Part shown: positions 1-9,352 of the stretch, one piece after another
Numbering within the stretch: the stretch's first letter is position 1
Layout of the letters: each line of letters begins with the position of its first letter
Assembly: GCA_913052165.1 (NCBI GenBank)
Contig: CAJXEC010000001.1
Span: forward strand, 30,056 to 94,055
Source of the DNA: an uncultured Rhodospirillaceae bacterium
Lineage (GTDB): Bacteria; Pseudomonadota; Alphaproteobacteria; MPNO01; UBA2964
Direction: 5' to 3'
Length of the DNA: 64,000 nt
Program-made: the position numbers and the translations under genes
Notes under the pieces: model-generated
What the model was told of the DNA's origin: nothing
The model's database searches: none
What the model saw: only the letters and a program-made list of their open reading frames with translations

Positions 1-1
1 C

Positions 2-790
2 TTCTGGCTCGAATTCTTACATAGGGTGATGGGCAGGATTATCGGTGTTGCATTCGTGTTTCCATTCCTTTGGTTTCTCATTTCAAGGAAACTTACAGGC
101 GGTCTACTCCTAAAATGTTCGTTAATATTAGCTCTCGGATGTGTTCAAGGTTATATGGGCTGGTATATGGTTCAGTCGGGTTTGACAGAGCGGACAGATG
201 TGAGCCAGTACAGGCTAGCTGCGCACCTCGGCCTGGCAATGATTATATTTATGGCTCTACTGTGGCTTAGTTTGACTACCCTGTGGCCTGGCGAAAAAAG
301 AAAGCACCAACTTTCTAAAGTCACTCAAGTTTTTATCGTCATAGTTTTTACTACGACAATTGCTGGCGCCTTTGTGGCAGGGATCGACGCCGGCCTAGCT
401 TACAATACTTTTCCCCTGATGGATGACCGATATTTGCCAGAGGGATGGCTGCAAATGGAACCTGTCTGGCGAAACTTCTTTGAAAATACTGCCACAGTAC
501 AATTTATTCATCGCCATTTAGGAATGTTCGTTGTGATTTTCGCGATTTTCCTATGGGTCAGGGCTTGGCAGAAAAATTTAACGGGTCGGGCTAAGTGCGC
601 GGCAAATTTAGTGGCCATAATAGCTTTCATGCAAATGGGTTTAGGTATTACGACATTGCTTACAGAGGTTCCGTTAATATTTGGCCTCATGCATCAAGCA
701 GGCGCGCTATGCGTCATTAGTCTCTCAGTGTGGATGCTTTATGAGTTAACCACTGAGAGATGCAAATATTCAAAACTAGCAAAATTGTAG
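2..790 (+). CDS. ctaA: Heme A synthase (Cox15/CtaA family), 5'-truncated by window edge
   Basis: Frame is open from position 2 (FWLEFLHRVMGR). Motifs QGYMGWYMVQSGL, YRLAAHL, GAFVAGIDAG, QFIHR, HQAGA carry the heme-ligand histidines; multiple TM helices. Confidence 0.92.
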   Translation, partial: FWLEFLHRVMGRIIGVAFVFPFLWFLISRKLTGGLLLKCSLILALGCVQGYMGWYMVQSGLTERTDVSQYRLAAHLGLAMIIFMALLWLSLTTLWPGEKRKHQLSKVTQVFIVIVFTTTIAGAFVAGIDAGLAYNTFPLMDDRYLPEGWLQMEPVWRNFFENTATVQFIHRHLGMFVVIFAIFLWVRAWQKNLTGRAKCAANLVAIIAFMQMGLGITTLLTEVPLIFGLMHQAGALCVISLSVWMLYELTTERCKYSKLAKL

Positions 791-833
791 GGGCAATCTC
801 GAGTATTTGGGTTTACGTGCCTCAAAACAAGGC

Positions 834-862
834 TTGACCCTAAAACCTCGCCTGATTAAAAG
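834..862 (+). promoter_or_regulatory. Candidate sigma70 promoter for the riboswitch-metZ transcript
   Basis: TTGACC (834-839), 17 bp spacer, TAAAAG (857-862), about 10 nt before the riboswitch. Confidence 0.45.
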
Positions 863-871
863 GTTGCCTGA

Positions 872-932
872 GAGTGGTGATTTGAGCCCGACCGGCTTGC
901 AGCCACGAAAAAAAAGTTGCTAAAAGGTCGGA
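872..932 (+). ncRNA. SAM-II (SAM-alpha) riboswitch aptamer
   Basis: GTGGTGATTTGAGCCCGACCGGCTTGCAGCCACG-A8-GTTGCTAAAAGGTCGG matches the alphaproteobacterial SAM-II pattern. P1 GTGG/CCAC; pseudoknot CCGACC (888-893) with GGTCGG (926-931); lies upstream of a methionine-biosynthesis gene. Confidence 0.92.
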
Positions 933-941
933 GCCTGCGAG

Positions 942-969
942 CCCTGACTTTACTGGTCAGGGTTTTTTT
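942..969 (+). terminator. Intrinsic terminator (riboswitch expression platform)
   Basis: Stem CCCTGAC (942-948)/GTCAGGG (956-962) followed by T7 (963-969), upstream of the metZ RBS. Confidence 0.8.
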
Positions 970-1007
970 GATTGCGGCGGCGAAGACCAACGGTCTTGGA
1001 GGTAAAA

Positions 1008-2201
1008 ATGAGTGGCGGTAATTACCAAAAAAATTGGCGATCTCAGACACGGTCGGTAAGAGGTGGGCTTAATAGAAGCCCGTTTGAAGAGACCTCTGAA
1101 GCGATTTACGCAACCTCAGGTTTTGTTTATCAAACCGCAGAGGATGCAGAAGCCGCGTTCAAAAATGAAATTGAGAGGTTCATCTACTCTCGGTACGGCA
1201 ATCCAACTGTCGAAACCTTCCAAGATCGTCTTGCTCTGATCGAAGGAGCAGAGGCTTGCAGAGCAACAGCCAGTGGGATGGGCGCCGTATTCGCATCTTT
1301 GGCATGTCAGGTTAAAGCGGGTGATCGTGTTGTGGCATCGCGTGCCCTGTTTGGCTCTTGCCAATATATCCTGACTGAAATTCTGCCCGGATTTGGCGTT
1401 GAGACGATCATCGTCGACGGGACCGATTTAGTTCAATGGGAGAAAGCTCTCTCGCTCCCTTGCAAAGCCGTGTTTCTTGAGACCCCCAGTAACCCAGGCC
1501 TGGAAATTATTGATCTTCCGAGAGTTTCTGAGATGGCACACGAAGCAGGGGCGTGTGTGGTGGTAGATAATGTTTTCGCAACGCCTCTACTGCAAAAACC
1601 TTTGCAACTTGGGGCGGATATCGTTGTCTACTCGGCAACTAAACATATTGACGGTCAGGGTCGCGTAATGGGCGGCGCTATACTGGGGTCTAAAGAATTT
1701 ATGGATATCTTATTGCCATTTTACCGGCACACGGGGCCATCTTTGAGCCCTTTTAATGCTTGGGTGTTGCTAAAAGGACTCGAGACACTGGAAATCCGGG
1801 TGGACCACCATTGCAAAAATGCAATGACCATCGCAAAATATCTCAGCGATCGAGATGATGTTACGCGAGTTCTGTATCCTGGGCTCAGCTCACATCCCCA
1901 ACACGCGTTAGCCAAGAAGCAAATGTCTGGATTCGGAACCGTTGTCTGCCTGGACCTCAACGAAGATAAGGAGCGAGCTTTTAAATTCATGAATGCCCTC
2001 AATTTAATCGATATCTCGAATAACTTGGGGGACGCAAAGAGCATCGTTACCCACCCCGCCACTACTACCCACCAACGCATCTCTGCGGAGGACAGAACCC
2101 ATTTGGGTATTTCGGATGGGTTTATCCGGCTGTCAGTTGGGCTTGAGGATGTAAGGGATTTGGAAGAGGATATAGATCAAGCTTTAAGTCAATCCATTTA
2201 A
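1008..2201 (+). CDS. metZ: O-succinylhomoserine sulfhydrylase
   Basis: Cys/Met PLP enzyme: YSRYGNPT, DNVFATP, YSATKHIDGQGR (PLP Lys), NNLGDAKS. ATG 1008 follows a GGAGG RBS; preceded by SAM riboswitch. Confidence 0.93.
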   Translation: MSGGNYQKNWRSQTRSVRGGLNRSPFEETSEAIYATSGFVYQTAEDAEAAFKNEIERFIYSRYGNPTVETFQDRLALIEGAEACRATASGMGAVFASLACQVKAGDRVVASRALFGSCQYILTEILPGFGVETIIVDGTDLVQWEKALSLPCKAVFLETPSNPGLEIIDLPRVSEMAHEAGACVVVDNVFATPLLQKPLQLGADIVVYSATKHIDGQGRVMGGAILGSKEFMDILLPFYRHTGPSLSPFNAWVLLKGLETLEIRVDHHCKNAMTIAKYLSDRDDVTRVLYPGLSSHPQHALAKKQMSGFGTVVCLDLNEDKERAFKFMNALNLIDISNNLGDAKSIVTHPATTTHQRISAEDRTHLGISDGFIRLSVGLEDVRDLEEDIDQALSQSI

Positions 2202-2229
2202 ACAGTAAAAAAATAAAGAAAACTGAAAT

Positions 2230-2622
2230 ATGTATTCAGCAACAACCAAAGCCATCCGCGTGAGCGTGAAACCAATCTTTCTCGACGATCAATCAACCCC
2301 CTCGGAAGATCATTATGTATGGGCCTATCAGGTAACGATTGAAAATACGGGGAGCGGCACCGTACAACTTATAAATAGACACTGGCGAATCACAGATGCA
2401 CAGGGGCGGATGCAAGAGGTCAAGGGAGAGGGTGTTGTGGGAGAGCAACCGCGCCTCGGACCCGGGCAGCTATTTGAATACACGAGCGGAACGCCCCTCA
2501 CTACACCCTCAGGGTTAATGATGGGATCTTACGAGATGGAAGACGAACGAGGACAAAGATTTGACATTGATATCCCCGCATTTTCCCTTGATAGTCCTTA
2601 CCAAGCGAGACAACTGAACTAG
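2230..2622 (+). CDS. apaG: ApaG protein
   Basis: WAYQVTIEN, QLINRHWRITDA, GEGVVGEQP, YTSGTPL, IPAFSLDSP. Confidence 0.95.
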   Translation: MYSATTKAIRVSVKPIFLDDQSTPSEDHYVWAYQVTIENTGSGTVQLINRHWRITDAQGRMQEVKGEGVVGEQPRLGPGQLFEYTSGTPLTTPSGLMMGSYEMEDERGQRFDIDIPAFSLDSPYQARQLN

Positions 2623-2655
2623 AGAGCCGAAAGGCGATGGTGAACGGAGGATCAC

Positions 2656-3300
2656 TTGGCAACAGAGAAAAAAGACATCGGTCTCTCAAAAACGCTCAAA
2701 TTACCAAAATACGTAACGAGAGAAGAGGCCGAGGACGCAGTCAGAGTTCTCCTCAGATGGGCGGGCGAGGATCCAAAACGAGAGGGCCTGATTGATACTC
2801 CAAGCCGTTACGTAAAAGCGTTTAAAGAGTGGTTCGCTGGATACGAAAACGATCCTGTGGAAATACTTTCTAGAACTTTCGATGAAGTGGAAGGTTACGA
2901 TGAAATGGTTGTCCTCCGGAATGTTCGCTTTGAGTCTCATTGTGAACACCATATTGCGCCAATCATAGGCAATGCTGATGTGGCGTATCTGCCGGACAAA
3001 AGAGTGGTGGGAATCAGCAAGCTTGCTCGCCTGGTAGACCTCTACTCCAAACGTCTGCGAATCCAAGAGCGTTTTACTGCGCAAATTGCAACGACTTTGA
3101 ACAATGTATTACAGCATAAGGGTGTCGGCGTCGTGGTTGAGGCCAGCCATGGATGCATGACCACGCGTGGGATAGAAAAAACTGGTCTTACCATGGTGAC
3201 CAGTTAAATGATGGGAGCATTTAGAGAGGACTCTGCAACCCGGAGAGAGTTTTTAGCTGCCATTGGAAACCCCACCTCCGGTCCGGGAAATATCATCTAA
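2656..3300 (+). pseudogene. folE: GTP cyclohydrolase I with an internal in-frame stop (TAA 3205-3207); pseudogene or sequencing error
   Basis: [31 protein letters not shown]. After the TAA the same frame continues MMGAFREDSATRREFLAAIG, the normal FolE C-terminus, to TAA at 3298-3300. Confidence 0.85.
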
Positions 3301-3317
3301 TTTTTACGTAGGGTCCT

Positions 3318-4766
3318 ATGTTAGACTTCCGACCAGCACTTTTCGTTATAGGAATACTTTTGGTCACTCTTGCAGTCGCCATGTTAGCCCCCTTTGCGGT
3401 CGATTTAGCAGCAGGTAATAACGATTGGAAGGTGTTTGCGAGTGCTGGACTTCTTACCCTTTTTGTCGGCGGCGTTCTCATGCTCGCCAATAGATCCTCC
3501 ATATCCCAACTAACAATCCGACAAACCTTTATTCTAACCACAGCTAGCTGGCTGATACTAACAATGTTCGCCGCCCTGCCATTTCTGCTTTCTGAGCTGG
3601 AAATGACTTATACAGATGCCTTTTTTGAGGCAATGTCAGGGATTACAACAACCGGTTCCACGGTCATAACCAGAATTGATGCAGCTCCAGAAGGTATTTT
3701 ACTATGGCGTGCCTTACTTCAATGGTTGGGCGGGATTGGCATTATTGTTATGGCCGTTGCCGTTTTACCCATGCTGAGAGTTGGAGGTATGCAACTTTTT
3801 AAAGTTGAGGCTTTCGATACTCTGGAGAAAGGCTTGCCGCGGGCTGGGCAAATAGCAGTTGGCATCGGAGTAATTTATTTGGGGTTCACCTTGGTATGGT
3901 GGGTGGGGCTTTGGACGCTAGGAATGGGCAAGTTCGACGCTGCCGTCCACGCCATGACCACAATTGCGACGGGCGGATACTCCAGCGCTGATGGATCCAT
4001 TGGATCTTTCAAAAGCCACGGAATAGAGATTTTCATTATCGTTGGTATGATTGTTGGCTCCATACCATTTATTCTCTATTTGCAGTTTGTCCGAAATGGC
4101 GCCTACACCTTATTTAAGGACACGCAAGTCCACTATTTCATAGCGATAGCAGCGCTTGGATCTCTGCTAGTAGTGACTTGGTTGTGGAAAACTCAAGATG
4201 ATTTTTCACTATCAACTGTCATAATGGGAACATTTAACACGATTTCGATAATGACTGGCACTGGATATACGGTTGGCGATTACCAAGTTTGGGGAGCGTT
4301 CCCTCTAATAATTCTTTTTTTTCTTATGTTTGTCGGCGGGTGTGCGGGTTCTACTTCATGCGGAATTAAAATTTTTCGTTTTCAAGTCTTAGGAGCTATC
4401 GTGCGTAACCAATTTTTGAAGATGCTCCACCCACATGGCATTTTTTTGCCACATTACAATCATCGGCCGATTGACAATGAAATTATCCTCTCAGTGATGA
4501 ATTTCTTTTATCTGTTTATGCTCTCATTTGTAGTTTTAGCCCTAGCTTTAGGGGCGCTAGGCCTCGATTACATGACTGCGATCACGGGTGCTGCTACGGC
4601 AATATGCAACGTGGGGCCGGCAATGGGTCCGATAATTGGTCCCGCCGGCACCTTTGAACCTCTTCCAGACGCAGCCAAATGGTTATTATCAGCGGGAATG
4701 CTCTTAGGTCGACTGGAACTTTTTACAGTTTTAATGCTGTTGGTCCCCTCCTTCTGGCGAAACTAA
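3318..4766 (+). CDS. trkH: Trk potassium uptake permease
   Basis: FFEAMSGITTTGST, LQWLGGIGII, TTIATGGYS, GGCAGSTSCGIK, NVGPA, MLLGRLE pore-loop motifs. Confidence 0.93.
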   Translation: MLDFRPALFVIGILLVTLAVAMLAPFAVDLAAGNNDWKVFASAGLLTLFVGGVLMLANRSSISQLTIRQTFILTTASWLILTMFAALPFLLSELEMTYTDAFFEAMSGITTTGSTVITRIDAAPEGILLWRALLQWLGGIGIIVMAVAVLPMLRVGGMQLFKVEAFDTLEKGLPRAGQIAVGIGVIYLGFTLVWWVGLWTLGMGKFDAAVHAMTTIATGGYSSADGSIGSFKSHGIEIFIIVGMIVGSIPFILYLQFVRNGAYTLFKDTQVHYFIAIAALGSLLVVTWLWKTQDDFSLSTVIMGTFNTISIMTGTGYTVGDYQVWGAFPLIILFFLMFVGGCAGSTSCGIKIFRFQVLGAIVRNQFLKMLHPHGIFLPHYNHRPIDNEIILSVMNFFYLFMLSFVVLALALGALGLDYMTAITGAATAICNVGPAMGPIIGPAGTFEPLPDAAKWLLSAGMLLGRLELFTVLMLLVPSFWRN

Positions 4767-4797
4767 TCAGCAGTAGGCAACCAAAATCTGCTTCTAG

Positions 4798-5388
4798 TTA
4801 ACGCCTCCAGATTACAAAATGTTTTGAAATTTGTCTCTCTAATGCTGCATTCAGATCGTTCATCATCGCTTCAGTGATCCTGAACCAAATCTCTTCTCTT
4901 TCAGATAAAGTGCTATCCTCTGCCACCGTCTTCGAGCGGACCGCCCGAGAGGACACCATCGCACGACGTCTTCCATTTGGGTCAATAATTTCTAGGACAA
5001 TCTCAAGTTCGCCGTCATATCTCTCTGATTGATCAACCAAGAAGGCACCCTTGAGGCCAGGCGTTCTTGGCAGTTCGACCTCGACAACGCTTCCCCGTGT
5101 CACTGTAGCGCGCAGGCTGTCAGTGCCCCCTGAGGGCCGGATACGATCCTCAAGCCAATTAGAAGCTGCTTTCGTGGGGACAATCGGAAACTTGTGCTCC
5201 ACATTGGGTATCCGTTTCGGAGAGACATAACTGACGTTTATTTCGACAGAATTTACCGCAAGGCTTATTGGCTTAAAATGACTGTAACGTAAATTTGGGA
5301 ATATCTCTCTGGGTGGTGTGTTGACACATCCCGAAGATATAAAAAAGAAAGTGAGTAAAAGTAGAAGAAAACGATCAAAAGATTTCAT
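4798..5388 (-). CDS. Hypothetical lipoprotein
   Basis: ORF of about 196 aa from ATG 5388; hydrophobic signal ending in a lipobox-like SSGC; co-directional downstream of hslO. Confidence 0.65.
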   Translation of the reverse strand: MKSFDRFLLLLLTFFFISSGCVNTPPREIFPNLRYSHFKPISLAVNSVEINVSYVSPKRIPNVEHKFPIVPTKAASNWLEDRIRPSGGTDSLRATVTRGSVVEVELPRTPGLKGAFLVDQSERYDGELEIVLEIIDPNGRRRAMVSSRAVRSKTVAEDSTLSEREEIWFRITEAMMNDLNAALERQISKHFVIWRR

Positions 5389-5452
5389 AACGACTCCGAT
5401 CAAAAAATGGGGAATTCAAAACGCCGCGTGTAATCTTCTGTGCAACTACATT

Positions 5453-6373
5453 TTATTGAGAAATACAGTCAATTTGATCGAGTCTAAATTGATATTCGTG
5501 ATTGCAGAATTCACAATGTACTAAAATTTTATCGTCAACGATCATTTTTTCGAGCTCTGCATCTGGGAAACTGTTCAGAACCTGTTCTACTCTATCCTTG
5601 GAACACCGACAATTCATTTGAAGTGACTCAAAAGGAAATACTCTTACGCCATCTTCATTGAATAGCCGATACAAAAGATCGTGAGGATGTACTTCCAAGG
5701 ATAAAAGCTCCTTCTCCGTCACACTTCGCATCATTATTTTAGCCCGTTTCCATGACTCAGCAGTATTATCGAGGTCATTTTCTCCAGATTGAACTTGATA
5801 TCCCCGCGTCTCGAGATGCTGGAGCATTAATCCACCACCCCTCCAAGCTCCCCCGACGCGCCCCACAGCAACCATAAATTTGGCCTCGGACTGAACAGAT
5901 TGTTTGAAATAAGTCTCCGCACATTCCGCCAAGATGCACCCTTCAAGTGGCACAATTCCCTGATATGGACGAGCTGAGTCACCATAAACCAGATTAACTA
6001 CCAGGCGCCCAGAACCAAAAAAGTCAGGTATTTCCGGGGTTTTCTTGGAGATCCCTTGACCCGATAACTTTTCGATTTGGGCCTCATCAAAACGTGCATA
6101 CCCGCGAATATTACCATCATGGGTTAAATCAACAACCAATAGCCGTATAGCCTCTTCGCCGTAAGCCTGGATCGTCAGCACACCCTCACGCTTTAAAGTG
6201 CCAGATAGTATCGCACCAAGAACAATAAACTCGCCTAATAGCCGGGCAACTGAGTCTGGGTAATTGTGAGCCGATAATATTTCGTTGAGGGCAGAACCAA
6301 GTCGAACCAAACGGCCCTGTGCCGCCATCGACTCTACCTGGAAAGGTTGGACAAGATTGTCCGGGGCTTTCAT
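5453..6373 (-). CDS. hslO: Hsp33 redox-regulated chaperone
   Basis: GRLVRLG, YQGIVPLEG, YFKQSVQ, GGLMLQHL, C-terminal zinc motif CRCS...CEFC. ATG overlaps the argF stop (TGATG). Confidence 0.93.
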   Translation of the reverse strand: MKAPDNLVQPFQVESMAAQGRLVRLGSALNEILSAHNYPDSVARLLGEFIVLGAILSGTLKREGVLTIQAYGEEAIRLLVVDLTHDGNIRGYARFDEAQIEKLSGQGISKKTPEIPDFFGSGRLVVNLVYGDSARPYQGIVPLEGCILAECAETYFKQSVQSEAKFMVAVGRVGGAWRGGGLMLQHLETRGYQVQSGENDLDNTAESWKRAKIMMRSVTEKELLSLEVHPHDLLYRLFNEDGVRVFPFESLQMNCRCSKDRVEQVLNSFPDAELEKMIVDDKILVHCEFCNHEYQFRLDQIDCISQ

Positions 6374-7275
6374 CAGGAAAGGCACCACATTAAAAGCCCT
6401 TTCTGCGCATGCAAACGATTTTCGGCCTCATCCCAAACAACAGATTGGACGCCTTCTAAAACGCTCGCTTCTACCTCCTCCCCACGATGCGCGGGGAGGC
6501 AATGCATAAAAATTGCTTCGGGGGACGCATGCCTCATTAAACTTTGACAAACCCTAAACGGTTCCAAAATCTTTAACCTGCTTGACGCACCTTCACCTCC
6601 CATTGAGACCCAAGTATCCGTAACTACGCAGTCTGCGTCTTTAACCGCCGAGATGGGATCATTAGACACAAAGATTTGAGCCCCGTGCTCTTTGGCGTAT
6701 GAAACGTCCTCTTCGTCCAAACTAAGTTCATTTGGACAAGCCAATCTCAATTCAAAACCAAATAAGGTAGCGGCCTGCAACCAGGTAAGAGCCATATTGT
6801 TTCCATCACCGCACCAGGCTATGCAGGCATCACCGATTGGCCCAATGTGTTCCTCATAAGTCATTATATCTGCAAGCAATTGAACCGGATGGGACCGATC
6901 CGTGAGCCCATTTATAACAGGAACGGTAGAATATTCTGCTAACTCGTAGAGTTTTTTGGGTTCGTCAGTACGCAACATGATAACGTCGACGTAACGACTC
7001 AAAACGCGCGCTGTGTCGGCTATGGTTTCACCGCGACCAATCTGCAATTCATTCGCATTAAGTACTATTACCTCTCCCCCAAGTTGCTTCATTCCAACTT
7101 CAAAAGAGACTCTAGTTCGCGTAGACGGTTTTTCAAAAATCATCGCAAGCGTCTTTGCTTGCAAAGGATGGCTCTTCCTGACCCGGGACTTTAAGTCTGT
7201 GCTTAGATCAAGTATGGTTCTTAATTGGGCTACAGAAAATTGGTCTAATTCCAAAAAATGCTTTGGCTGAGCCAT
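6373..7275 (-). CDS. argF: Ornithine carbamoyltransferase
   Basis: FEKPSTRTRVSF, HPVQ, DTWVSMG, FMHCLP, AENRLH. Confidence 0.96.
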   Translation of the reverse strand: MAQPKHFLELDQFSVAQLRTILDLSTDLKSRVRKSHPLQAKTLAMIFEKPSTRTRVSFEVGMKQLGGEVIVLNANELQIGRGETIADTARVLSRYVDVIMLRTDEPKKLYELAEYSTVPVINGLTDRSHPVQLLADIMTYEEHIGPIGDACIAWCGDGNNMALTWLQAATLFGFELRLACPNELSLDEEDVSYAKEHGAQIFVSNDPISAVKDADCVVTDTWVSMGGEGASSRLKILEPFRVCQSLMRHASPEAIFMHCLPAHRGEEVEASVLEGVQSVVWDEAENRLHAQKGLLMWCLS

Positions 7276-8450
7276 CAAGTTAACGCCTTGAACGCATCAG
7301 AAATCATCTCCAACGCCTCGTCTACATGGTTTTGATCAATTATCAACGGCGGCAATAAACGAACAACGTTATCTCCCGCAGGCACAGTCAGCAAGCCATG
7401 GTTCCGAAAAGCCGTCACCAACTCCCCAGCCGGAACAATAGCTTTTATCCCTACCATCAAGCCTGCTCCACGAACCTCTTCAACCAAATTTGGATAATTT
7501 TGATAACACTGCGTAATCCTGGTTCGAAGCTCGACACCTCGCTCGACGCAATTTTTAAGTAATCCCTCTTCTTGAATAATGTCCAGGACTTTGCAGGCTA
7601 CAGACATAGCCAAAGGATTACCCCCGAAGGTGCTGCCATGGGTCCCAGCTGTCATACCAGCAGCCGCTTTTGCTGAGGCCAAACATGCTCCAACTGGAAA
7701 CCCGCCACCCAAACCCTTTGCAATCGCGACAACATCAGGGTTCACATCAGCTCCCTGATGAGAGAATAAATACCCGGTCCTTCCAATCCCCGTCTGAACT
7801 TCATCAAAAAATAAAAGTAAATCAAATTCGTCGCATAATTCTCGAAGGTAAGCCAAAAATTCCCTTTCTGCGGGTCTTATTCCGCCTTCTCCCTGAATAG
7901 GTTCGACCAGAATAGCGGCTGTCTCTTTTGTAACGGCTGCCCTTACCTTTTCGGAGTTGCCAAAAGGTACAATGTCAAAACCATTAACCATCGGGCCAAA
8001 ACCAGCTTTGTGCGCATCGTTCGCAGCAGCTGATATCGTCGCTAATGTCCTTCCGTGAAAGCTTCCACCGAATGTAATTACTCGGAAACGCTCCGGACGT
8101 CCTGAGTAACTCTGATATTTCCTAACTAATTTTAGACCTGCTTCAACTGCCTCAGCACCCGAATTACAGAAGAATACTAAGTCAGCAAAACTGTTAGCCG
8201 TAAGTTTTCCAGCCAAATTTTCTTGCATTGGTATGCGATACAGATTGGAACAATGCCATAATTTTTCTGATTGATCGGAGAGCGTTTGGATCAACGCGGG
8301 ATGACAATGCCCAAGAGAATTAACAGCAATACCTGAACCAAAATCGAGAAAACGCCGTCCGTCCTTAGTAAATAAATAAGGGCCTTCTCCGCGTTCAAAG
8401 GCAAGATCAATGCTTGCATAGGTAGGCATGACATCGGAAATCACGCTCAT
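7275..8450 (-). CDS. argD: Acetylornithine aminotransferase
   Basis: Class III PLP aminotransferase: FHGRT, EPIQGEGG, DEVQTG, AKGLGGG, HGSTFGGNP; coupled to argF. Confidence 0.93.
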   Translation of the reverse strand: MSVISDVMPTYASIDLAFERGEGPYLFTKDGRRFLDFGSGIAVNSLGHCHPALIQTLSDQSEKLWHCSNLYRIPMQENLAGKLTANSFADLVFFCNSGAEAVEAGLKLVRKYQSYSGRPERFRVITFGGSFHGRTLATISAAANDAHKAGFGPMVNGFDIVPFGNSEKVRAAVTKETAAILVEPIQGEGGIRPAEREFLAYLRELCDEFDLLLFFDEVQTGIGRTGYLFSHQGADVNPDVVAIAKGLGGGFPVGACLASAKAAAGMTAGTHGSTFGGNPLAMSVACKVLDIIQEEGLLKNCVERGVELRTRITQCYQNYPNLVEEVRGAGLMVGIKAIVPAGELVTAFRNHGLLTVPAGDNVVRLLPPLIIDQNHVDEALEMISDAFKALT

Positions 8451-8536
8451 TCTCCGGTTTCAACATTTAAAACAGGCGACTTATTAAAGGCCGCGAGATT
8501 TAGGCCCCCATGACTGACTTGTCAACGAAATCATTC

Positions 8537-9331
8537 CTACGATTTCAGTTTATATCCCTGAGAAACGAGGCGATAGCATAAAAACCACAACACAAAATTC
8601 AATAGTATTACATAGAATAGCCCAAACCCTAACTCAGCATCGTGGTGACCAATAAAACCATACCGGAAGCCATCAATCATGTAAAAAAAAGGGTTTATCA
8701 TTGCTAAGTTCTGCCAATGGTCAGGCAGACGTTCAATCGAATAAAAGGTACCAGATAAAAATGACAATGGTGTAATGATAAAATTACTAATAGCGGCCTG
8801 GTGATCAAATTTATCTGCCCAAATCCCGATAATTAAACCTAGCATAGACATCACACCTGCAGCACAAATCACATACAGCATTATAAAAATTATATTGTGC
8901 AGTCTCATATCCACAAAAAACAACATTGCAACTCCAACGCACAAAGCAACCAAAACACCCCGAACCACGCCCCCGCATATAAAACCCAACATAAATTCTC
9001 CAGGCGTGAGAGGAGGTAACATTACGTCCACGATATTACCTTGTATTTTTGAGACCATGACTGAACTAACGGTGTTATTAAAAGCATTTTGAATTATAGC
9101 CATCATTATCAAACCAGGCGCCAAAAATTCCATAAAGGCCACCCCGCCTATCTCTTGCACCGACCGACCTAAAGCGAGTGAAAAAATCGCCAAGAACATA
9201 AGGCTTGTAATTACCGGAGCCGCAAGAGTTTGCAGACCAACTTTTAAAAACCTCTGAACCTCTTTGCCTATATGGGTTCTCAGTCCAAGCCAATTTACAA
9301 GCCCAAATTCTCTGGGAAGACGTAAAGCCAT
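8537..9331 (-). CDS. ABC-2 type exporter permease (YadH-like)
   Basis: EFLAPGLIMM, PLSFLSGTFYSI, NPFFYMIDGFRYGF; 6 TM segments. Confidence 0.85.
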   Translation of the reverse strand: MALRLPREFGLVNWLGLRTHIGKEVQRFLKVGLQTLAAPVITSLMFLAIFSLALGRSVQEIGGVAFMEFLAPGLIMMAIIQNAFNNTVSSVMVSKIQGNIVDVMLPPLTPGEFMLGFICGGVVRGVLVALCVGVAMLFFVDMRLHNIIFIMLYVICAAGVMSMLGLIIGIWADKFDHQAAISNFIITPLSFLSGTFYSIERLPDHWQNLAMINPFFYMIDGFRYGFIGHHDAELGFGLFYVILLNFVLWFLCYRLVSQGYKLKS

Positions 9332-9352
9332 GATCTACCTACTTCCGCCTCG

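Noticed and set aside
972..1007. N-terminal extensions of ORF-track calls (metZ; likewise rpmH, rnpA, VOC, yejA2, hslO, kdsB)
   Set aside because: Downstream starts fit the RBS, gene overlaps and family lengths better.
3205..3207. Stop-codon reassignment or selenocysteine/pyrrolysine readthrough in folE
   Set aside because: The codon is TAA, not TGA or TAG, and TAA terminates many intact genes in this window.
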